The position numbers and the translations under genes are program-made. The notes under the pieces were generated by a model, which was given only the letters and a program-made list of their open reading frames with translations, did no database searches and was not told the DNA's origin. Of a DNA stretch of 64,000 nucleotides, positions 26,375 to 31,864 are shown piece after piece. The stretch comes from Kofleriaceae bacterium (GTDB taxonomy: Bacteria; Myxococcota_A; Polyangia; Haliangiales; Haliangiaceae). Where the stretch lies: the NCBI GenBank assembly GCA_046597055.1, contig JBKJLC010000293.1, forward strand, positions 43,974 through 107,973, written 5' to 3'. Position 1 is the stretch's first letter; each line of letters begins with the position of its first letter.

Positions 26375-26499
26375 TGTGGACGGCCGGAGTCGAACCGGCG
26401 CGTGCGGTTTGCGACGATAACCGACTTCGACGGCCCGTGACCGGGCGAGGGTTGTGAAGACGAGATCTTTCCGCCGTCCTACCGTTAGACGACGTCCAC
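26375..26499 (-). ncRNA. tRNA-Y RNA chimera 3
   Basis: GTGGACG/CGTCCAC-A; insert CTCGCCCG-GTCA-CGGGCCGT...CGGTTATCG. Confidence 0.8.
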
Positions 26500-26504
26500 G
26501 TGCG

Positions 26505-26632
26505 TGCAGGTGGCTGGATTCGAACCAGCGGCCAACGGATTGATAATCGATGACCATCCGACATCGGCCCGTCGCCGGGCGAGGTTGTGAAGGACGGGTT
26601 TACGTTGCTCTACCGGACTGAGCTACACCTGC
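26505..26632 (-). ncRNA. tRNA-Y RNA chimera 4
   Basis: GCAGGTG/CACCTGC-A; insert CCGTCC...CTCGCCCG-GCGA-CGGGCCGA...GGATGGTCATCG. Confidence 0.8.
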
Positions 26633-26647
26633 AAAGAAAAACATGCG

Positions 26648-26719
26648 TCTGGATGACTGGAATCGCACCAGCGGCCTCGTGATCCCCGAACACGCGCCCT
26701 GCTCCTGAGCTACACCCAG
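26648..26719 (-). tRNA. tRNA-Pro(GGG)
   Basis: C1:G72, A73, loop TC-GGG-GA (C33), T-loop TGCGATT. Confidence 0.82.
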
Positions 26720-26720
26720 A

Positions 26721-26819
26721 TGGGGCGGGACTTTGGATTCGAACCATGTAGACCGATAACCATCCATCGTTCGGCCCGTTTCCGGGCAAGGGCACTTTGA
26801 TAGACGGACTCGTCCCGCC
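26721..26819 (-). ncRNA. D-armless tRNA-Y RNA chimera 5 (acceptor, Ro module and T-loop)
   Basis: GGCGGGAC/GTCCCGCC-CCA; CCGTCT...CTTGCCCG-GAAA-CGGGCCGA...GGATGGTTATCG; TGG-TTCGAAT-CCA. Confidence 0.75.
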
Positions 26820-26824
26820 AGAAG

Positions 26825-26894
26825 TCGCAACGGAAGGACTCGAACCTTCACCGGCGCGGATATGAGCCGCGCGTCCTCGCCCGAGGTCGCTGCG
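26825..26894 (-). tRNA. tRNA-CAT (Met or Ile2), reduced D-loop
   Basis: CGCAGCG/CGTTGCG-A, loop CT-CAT-AT. Confidence 0.72.
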
Positions 26895-26895
26895 A

Positions 26896-26966
26896 TGGGG
26901 CAACGGCGGGAGTCGCACCCACTGACCGGCGGGAACCCCGCCGGTCCTCCACGCGAACTCGTTGCC
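26896..26966 (-). tRNA. Degenerate tRNA-like gene (GTT at the tip of an over-paired arm)
   Basis: GGCAACG/CGTTGCC acceptor and TGCGACT T-loop, but the anticodon arm is a perfect 10-bp hairpin. Confidence 0.45.
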
Positions 26967-26971
26967 ACGAG

Positions 26972-27038
26972 CACGCCGCCAGAGAATCGAACTCTGCAGT
27001 CCGGGGTTGGAATCCAGACTCTTCCCAGAAGGCGACGC
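26972..27038 (-). tRNA. tRNA-Trp(CCA), minimal D-arm
   Basis: GCGTCGC/GCGGCGT-G73, loop TT-CCA-AC. Confidence 0.7.
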
Positions 27039-27107
27039 AAGTTGCAAGCATCAACATGTCACTTCCACTCCCCTCCAGTTACAGCTCGAGAATAGAAGTG
27101 GCGATCG

Positions 27108-27177
27108 TGCCACCGACAGGATTCGAACCCGTACCGACGACGTTCGTAGCGTCGCGTCCCATCCTCGGGACGGTGGC
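27108..27177 (-). tRNA. tRNA-Arg(ACG)
   Basis: GCCACCG/CGGTGGC-A, loop CT-ACG-AA. Confidence 0.82.
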
Positions 27178-27179
27178 AG

Positions 27180-27372
27180 ACAGGCAAGTGGCTGTGTTGG
27201 AGTGCGCCTTGTTCAGGGGCGCGGCGTCCAGAGCGCGCGGTTGCCCGTTTACGCTCGTCGACACGCACGCGGCGATCTACGAGAGACCGCCTCGCGCTGG
27301 CTCGCATCGGTCGCCCGATGGTCGCTACCTTGGGCCCGTTATAGTTACGGTAACCAACACATTCCGGCCCGT
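27180..27372 (-). ncRNA. Y-like RNA carrying a 23S rRNA helix-69 mimic
   Basis: 5' ACGGGC-C-GG-AA-TGTGTTGG pairs with 3' CCAACACA-GCCAC-TT-GCCTGT; interior starts with CCGTAACTATAACGGGCCCAAGGTAGCGA (27322-27350); bounded by tRNAs on both sides. Confidence 0.75.
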
Positions 27373-27376
27373 GACG

Positions 27377-27449
27377 TATCCCTGGGGGGAATCGAACCCG
27401 CCATACCTGGTTTGAGAGACCAGTAGACTGACCACTGTCTGACAGGGAC
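27377..27449 (-). tRNA. tRNA-Glu(CTC)
   Basis: GTCCCTG/CAGGGAT-A, loop CT-CTC-AA. Confidence 0.85.
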
Positions 27450-27499
27450 ATCTTCGCGTGGCGCTTGCGCCCAAGGCGCCTCACGCCACGCGATCTTCG

Positions 27500-27572
27500 A
27501 GGGCCCGGCGGGAATCGAACCCGCACCTCGCAGTTTAACAGACTGCCGCTCAGCCAGTTGAGCTTCGGACCC
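27500..27572 (-). tRNA. tRNA-Asn(GTT)
   Basis: GGGTCCG/CGGGCCC-U73, loop CT-GTT-AA. Confidence 0.85.
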
Positions 27573-27644
27573 AGACACGCCACGGTCGTGAGACCGCGGC
27601 GCGTGCGTGTTGAGGGCGACTCTCGTCGTGGCCTGGGCCGAAGC

Positions 27645-29282
27645 CTAGGCGCGGGCGAAGTCGCTGATCACCGGCGGCGTCGCCGTGTCGAAACCGACCA
27701 CGTCGAGCATGCCGGCGTCGTTCGGGTCCGCGATCGTGAACCCGTTCGAGGTCATCCCGACCACCACCAGCTTGGCCGGGATGCCGCGCGCCTGTCGATA
27801 GGCGCGCAGGGCCTGGGCCGGGTGCACGCTCCCGGCCCAGGTCTCGCTGTCCGTGTACACCACGAAGGTGTCCACATCCACCTTGTGCCGCTGCGCCCAG
27901 ATCATCGGGAGCGCGCAGTCGGTTCCACCCATCGGCAGCTTGGCGACCGCCGCGACCACGTCGTCGAGCCGCTGGCGCGGCGAGATCGACAGGGTCGTGA
28001 TGCCCGACTCGCCACCGCCGTGCATGCCGCCGTAGCCACCGCTCGCCGCGGTGAAGCCCACGAACGTGTGGTCACGCTCGGTCGCCGCGGTGATCAGCGC
28101 CATCGCCGCGCTGCCGACCCGCGGCGTCAGGCCGGGCACCCCGGCGATGGTGCCGCACGCCATCGAGCCCGACACGTCGAGCGCGAGCAGCATGCGCTTG
28201 CCGGCCGGCTCGACCGCCTTGAACGAGGCGTAGAACGCACCGTCCAGGGCGTCGATGATCGGCGTCACCGGCGTCCAGGTGCCGCTGCCACGGACGCTCT
28301 TGCCACCCTGGTAGGTCAGGAGCGCCGCCAGGACCGCGACCGGGTGGACGCGGGCCTTGGCGATCCGGTTCGCATCACCCAGCCGCGCGACCACGGTGTT
28401 GGTCGCGTTGGCACCCGGCGCGAGCAAGCCCGCACGGGTCATCGTGGCCAGGTTCCGGATCATCGCCGTCATGGGCATGTCGACCAGCAGCGCGTCCCAC
28501 ACGCCGGCGTCGTTCAGCCAGCGCGTCGGCAGCGTCTCGCGCGGCAGCCGGAACTCGCGCACCAGCGCCGCCACCTCGGCCGCAGTACCGGCCGCCTTCA
28601 CCGCCTCCATGCCGATCAGCAACCGCAGCGCCGGGTCGGCGCTCGCGCCATCCGGCACGGTTCCCTTGGTCACCCACGAGAACAGCCGATCGTGCGATGG
28701 CGACGCGGCGCGCGGGTGCGCGAGCCGCAGCAGGTCTCGGTTCGACCAGCCGTCCCGCTGCTGGTACTTCACCAGCTGCAGCGCGAGGTCGGCCGCCGGC
28801 TTGTCGTTGAACCAGCCGGCCACCGCCTTGCGCATGCCACGGCCCCAGCCGCCGAAGCCCTGCGCGTACTCCGCGAAGTGCATGAGGTGAGTGCCGATGC
28901 GGCAGACCGTCGGCAGGGCAGCGTAGGCGCTCTTGCGAGTCGCCTCGTCGCCGAGCTTGGCGGCCAGCGCCAGGGCGAAGATCGCCGGGTCGTTCTTGGG
29001 CGCCCGACCCGCCTGCGAGATCTCGGCGATCCGCGCGACCGTGCGCGGACCGTCGGCTGCCACGCAGCGGACCACCGTCTGGGCAGTCTCGAGCGTCAGC
29101 TTCTGCTCGGAGATGTAGTAGGTGCCGCCCTCGCTACCCAGGATGAGGAAGCGATCGAGCCGCGCCCAGTCGTCGACCGGCCAGGCGAAGCCCCCGGCCA
29201 GGTTCGGCACCTGCGCCGTACCCGGGATCGGCTGCGACTGCGGCGTCGCCTGCGTCGAGAAGAACTTGGTGAACTTGAACAC
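27645..29282 (-). CDS. rsr: Ro60/Rsr (TROVE + vWA) RNA-binding protein, 545 aa
   Basis: NLAGGFAW, RFLILGSEGGTYY, GGWGRGMRKAV, KYQQRDGWSNRDLLRLAHP, AMIRNL, MIDAS LDVSGSM, GGTDCALP, YTDSETW, GMLDVVGFD; GGAGG 6 nt before GTG at 29282. Confidence 0.96.
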   Translation of the reverse strand: MFKFTKFFSTQATPQSQPIPGTAQVPNLAGGFAWPVDDWARLDRFLILGSEGGTYYISEQKLTLETAQTVVRCVAADGPRTVARIAEISQAGRAPKNDPAIFALALAAKLGDEATRKSAYAALPTVCRIGTHLMHFAEYAQGFGGWGRGMRKAVAGWFNDKPAADLALQLVKYQQRDGWSNRDLLRLAHPRAASPSHDRLFSWVTKGTVPDGASADPALRLLIGMEAVKAAGTAAEVAALVREFRLPRETLPTRWLNDAGVWDALLVDMPMTAMIRNLATMTRAGLLAPGANATNTVVARLGDANRIAKARVHPVAVLAALLTYQGGKSVRGSGTWTPVTPIIDALDGAFYASFKAVEPAGKRMLLALDVSGSMACGTIAGVPGLTPRVGSAAMALITAATERDHTFVGFTAASGGYGGMHGGGESGITTLSISPRQRLDDVVAAVAKLPMGGTDCALPMIWAQRHKVDVDTFVVYTDSETWAGSVHPAQALRAYRQARGIPAKLVVVGMTSNGFTIADPNDAGMLDVVGFDTATPPVISDFARA

Positions 29283-29288
29283 GGCACG

Positions 29289-29348
29289 CCTCCGGCCCAC
29301 GCGGTGGGCACTGCTGGTTGGGCTCGGCCACGCACCATGCGCGGCGAG
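29289..29348 (-). promoter_or_regulatory. Two bulged-C Ro-type hairpins in the rsr leader, one overlapping the SD
   Basis: CTCGCCGCGCA-TGG-TGCGTGGC-C-GAG (29323-29348) and TGCCCAC-CGC-GTGGGC-C-GGAGG (29289-29310). Confidence 0.5.
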
Positions 29349-29444
29349 CGAGATCTGTAATGAGGAATCGCTTCGCGAAGCGCTCGATGCCTCCCGGCGG
29401 CATCGCCGCCGCACCACCGGAGGTGGCGGACTGGCGAGTCTTCG

Positions 29445-29516
29445 AGCCGGTCGGAGGAATCGAACCTCGTTGGGTCGCTTACGGAACGACTGCTCGCCCA
29501 GCGAGCTACGACCGGC
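29445..29516 (-). tRNA. tRNA-Thr(CGT), 8/4-type fold
   Basis: 8-bp acceptor GCCGGTCG/CGACCGGC-U, 4-bp T-stem GAGG/CCTC, loop TC-CGT-AA (C33). Confidence 0.75.
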
Positions 29517-29521
29517 GGAAA

Positions 29522-29587
29522 CTGGCGGACAAGTGGCACTCGTGGGGGTCTGTTATCAGGAGAACCCACGAGCATCGGCCCGCGCAG
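29522..29587 (-). ncRNA. Minimal Y RNA (canonical orientation)
   Basis: GCGGGC-C-GA-TG-CTCGTGGG-TTCTCC...CCCACGAG-TGCCAC-TT-GTCCGC; lies between two tRNAs just upstream of rsr. Confidence 0.8.
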
Positions 29588-29658
29588 AGCGGCGCGCGGG
29601 AGTTGCACCCGCACGGTCAGGGTGGAGGCCTGGCATGCTGCTGTTACATCAGCGCCGC
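29588..29658 (-). tRNA. tRNA-Gly(TCC)
   Basis: GCGGCGC/GCGCCGC-U73, loop CC-TCC-AC (C33), T-loop TGCAACT. Confidence 0.82.
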
Positions 29659-29668
29659 GACACGAAAG

Positions 29669-29739
29669 AGCAGGTGGTGGGAATCGAACCCGCGATCCCG
29701 GCATGGCGTACCGGTGTGTCACCACAACACTTCACCTGC
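29669..29739 (-). tRNA. tRNA-Gly(GCC)
   Basis: GCAGGTG/CACCTGC-U73, loop AC-GCC-AT (C33). Confidence 0.82.
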
Positions 29740-29822
29740 GGCGGTGTGCCTCGAGTGTCCTCGGGGCCACCTGACGGTCGTCGGCGCGCTCGGCAGGGCT
29801 TCGCGCGTCGACGAACGCATCG

Positions 29823-29897
29823 TGGGTCGGGCGGGAATCGAACCCGCGTCGGGGCAGATTAAGAATCTGCTGCAAAGCCAGCGTTTGCTACCGACCC
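29823..29897 (-). tRNA. tRNA-Lys(CTT)
   Basis: GGGTCGG/CCGACCC-A, loop TT-CTT-AA. Confidence 0.88.
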
Positions 29898-29926
29898 AGT
29901 TGCCGCGCCAGGCGCGGCGAGTCTCG

Positions 29927-29999
29927 TCCCACCCCCTGGAATCGAACCAGGACCTCTCGGGCTTCAGCCAAGCGCGCAGACCACATGCGCCAGGGTGGG
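29927..29999 (-). tRNA. tRNA-Phe(GAA)
   Basis: CCCACCC/GGGTGGG-A, loop CT-GAA-GC. Confidence 0.82.
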
Positions 30000-30088
30000 G
30001 TTGTGCGGTCGCCGCCGACCGCTGGGGAGCGGGTGACGACGACCTTCCGAAATGGGCGCCCGCGCTACCGGGCGCCCCATCATTCGTC

Positions 30089-30107
30089 TCTTCGGTTGTC
30101 AGAGATC
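30089..30107 (-). promoter_or_regulatory. boxA-like antitermination element
   Basis: GATCTCTGACAACCGAAGA resembles rrn leader/spacer boxA sequences; located near the 5' end of the array. Confidence 0.5.
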
Positions 30108-30177
30108 CACCCCGCGCGTCCGTCGGCCCGTGCGGGCAGACCTCGAGCGGGGCCGCGCCGTTTCATGGGCGCAGCAG

Positions 30178-30251
30178 TACCGGGCCCAGGATTCGAACCT
30201 GGATCTGTACGGTTCAGAGCCGTCCGTCGTGCCGAGTTGGACCAGCCCGGT
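30178..30251 (-). tRNA. tRNA-Gln(CTG)
   Basis: ACCGGGC/GCCCGGT-A, loop CT-CTG-AA. Confidence 0.85.
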
Positions 30252-30303
30252 GCGTGTCAGTAAGTGCGTCGATCGCCAGTCCCATGACTGACAACGATCG
30301 CAG

Positions 30304-30388
30304 TGGGGCGCCCAGGTTTTGAACCTGGCGGGTCGCGTGCGACGGCGGCTTTACAGGCCGCCCCGTCTCCATAGCGGTCTATCGCCCC
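30304..30388 (-). tRNA. tRNA-Tyr(GTA), first gene of the array
   Basis: GGGGCGA/GCGCCCC-A, loop CT-GTA-AA, long variable arm. Confidence 0.85.
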
Positions 30389-30408
30389 GAGGGTGCTGCC
30401 GGAACGGC

Positions 30409-30447
30409 AACGAGAAAGGGCCACCTGGGTTCGTCCCGGGTGGCCCT
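30409..30447 (-). terminator. Putative intrinsic terminator (attenuator) upstream of the array
   Basis: AGGGCCACCCGGG-ACGAA-CCCAGGTGGCCCT followed by TTCTCGTT. Confidence 0.65.
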
Positions 30448-30477
30448 GTTCACGGAGCTTGAGAGAGTGCTCTCGAG

Positions 30478-30672
30478 CTAGGTGGGAGGGGCCCCCCTGG
30501 GATCCTGACCGCCGCGGACGGCGCGATTCGCGAGACCGAAGATCTCTTCGATCTTCAGGCACTTGGCGGCGAAGCTGGACGTCAGACACCAGCTCAACTG
30601 CGCGGAAACGCGCCCTTGCGGCGAGCCAGATGGCATCGCATAGGCAAGGTGATGGAGCGAGGTGGTGTTCAT
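30478..30672 (-). CDS. Putative leader peptide (64 aa, ends DPRGAPPT)
   Basis: ORF stops about 30 nt before the terminator; its last codons are complementary to the terminator 5' arm; no strong SD, start uncertain. Confidence 0.45.
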   Translation of the reverse strand: MNTTSLHHLAYAMPSGSPQGRVSAQLSWCLTSSFAAKCLKIEEIFGLANRAVRGGQDPRGAPPT

Positions 30673-30805
30673 GGCGGGTGCTTCGACGTCCGAGGTTTCG
30701 TTTGGTTCTGCTTTTTTCCGTCCCGAACCGGTGCCAGCCTGTGCCGCCCTTCCGTCCGGGTCCCCTGCGATCCGCTCAGTGCAGCAGTCGCGGGTTGATG
30801 ATCTG

Positions 30806-30834
30806 TGCTTAAAGGGTCTGGCCTCCGAAGTCAA
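30806..30834 (-). promoter_or_regulatory. Candidate sigma70-type promoter of the RNA operon
   Basis: TTGACT-17 nt-TAAGCA with an AT-rich upstream tract; the -10 is imperfect. Confidence 0.35.
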
Positions 30835-30932
30835 ACTCCAATCGAAATTATCTCAGAACTAACAGTCACCATTCGAGTTTCGTCGTCGAGGTCGTCGTCG
30901 CAACCGTCGGTGTGCGGCCGTGTCCACCGGAC

Positions 30933-31745
30933 ATGAGCGTGAGCGGCACGAATGGCACGAACGGTTCGATGGTAGCCACGGAGAGCTCGGTTCTGGTGTC
31001 GTTGCGGGAGCTTCGAGAGATCGAGGACCGCCGGCTGGTCGAGCGGAAGGAGGCGGCAACCGCCCGCGAGGTGGCCCAGACCCGGGCCTGGGAGGAGGCG
31101 GTGGCGCGGCGCGCGCGCGAGCGGACCGAGCGCGAGGCGGCCGAGGCGGCCGAGGCAGCGCGGTGCGCGGCCGCGCAGGAGCACGCGGCGCGCGCCGACG
31201 CCCTCCGGCTCGCGGCGGTCGAGGCGCAGGCGCGGGCCGAGGCCATGGTCCGGATCGAGGTCGAGCGCGCCAGCCTGGAAGTGGCGCTGCGCCGCGCGGA
31301 GCTCGAGCGGCGGCGTCCCCGCTGGCTCATGACGATCACCGCGGGCATGGCCGCGGTGGCGCTCGCGGTGGGATGGCTGGCGGTCGAGGCGCAGGACGCC
31401 GCCCGCGCGCAGCAGCGCGCCGCCGCCCGCGCGCAGGCCGAAGCCGCGAGCTCGCGGCAGGAGCTCGCGCGCCGGGTCGCGCAGGCCGACGTGCTGGGGC
31501 GCAAGATCGCGGACGCGCGGGCCGCGCTCGAGGCAGAGCGGCGGCGGGTCGAGCGCGCGAAGTCGCAGGCGCAGGCCGAGTGGAACCGTGTCCATGGCGG
31601 CAGTCGCCCCAAGCCCGGCAGTGGCAAGGGTGGCGCCGGCACTGGCAAGGGCGGTCGCGGGAAAGGCAATGGCAGTGGTGGCGGCGTGACTGACAGTCCC
31701 CCGGCCGGCGCGGTCAAGGTCTGTACGGACGGTGTCTTCTGCTGA
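30933..31745 (+). CDS. Hypothetical coiled-coil membrane protein
   Basis: ESSVLVSLRELREIE N-terminal motif, coiled coil, one TM, Gly-rich tail ending in a Cys pair. Confidence 0.6.
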   Translation: MSVSGTNGTNGSMVATESSVLVSLRELREIEDRRLVERKEAATAREVAQTRAWEEAVARRARERTEREAAEAAEAARCAAAQEHAARADALRLAAVEAQARAEAMVRIEVERASLEVALRRAELERRRPRWLMTITAGMAAVALAVGWLAVEAQDAARAQQRAAARAQAEAASSRQELARRVAQADVLGRKIADARAALEAERRRVERAKSQAQAEWNRVHGGSRPKPGSGKGGAGTGKGGRGKGNGSGGGVTDSPPAGAVKVCTDGVFC

Positions 31746-31864
31746 GCGATGACTGACCGGCGCGGAGCCGCGGCTGACCGGGGGCCCACCGGCAGGGCGG
31801 GCCCGCGCCGGGCCGCGGACGCCGGGGGGTAGCGAAGGGGTCGGGAGTCGAGTAAGTCTGGCCG

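Noticed and set aside
26085..26819. Anticodon inserts as group I or archaeal-type tRNA introns
   Set aside because: About 55 nt is far too short for a group I core, and I saw no bulge-helix-bulge. The same module occurs free-standing and in the unpermuted orientation elsewhere. Splicing cannot be fully excluded without RNA data.
27270..27291. Sarcin-ricin-loop-like TACGAGAGAC
   Set aside because: It lies on the plus strand, antisense to the operon, and is a short imperfect match
27322..27350. 23S rRNA gene or pseudogene fragment
   Set aside because: Similarity is limited to 29 nt enclosed in a Y-type stem; no flanking rRNA sequence is recognisable
29283..29417. N-terminal extension of Ro60 in the ORF track
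   Set aside because: A GGAGG SD precedes GTG at 29282, giving a typical Ro60 length; the extension runs through leader hairpins
23838..30388. tRNA-Sec or suppressor tRNA serving the nearby selenoprotein
   Set aside because: No tRNA with a TCA, CTA or TTA anticodon was found in the array
23747..30589. Many short ORFs across the tRNA array
   Set aside because: They are translations of tRNA sequence (repeated VRFP/GSNP from T-arms) with no protein motifs
23800..30900. CRISPR array, prophage or integrative element
   Set aside because: The repetition is due to tRNA T-arms and Y modules. No constant repeat-spacer units, cas genes, integrase, phage genes or att repeats were seen.
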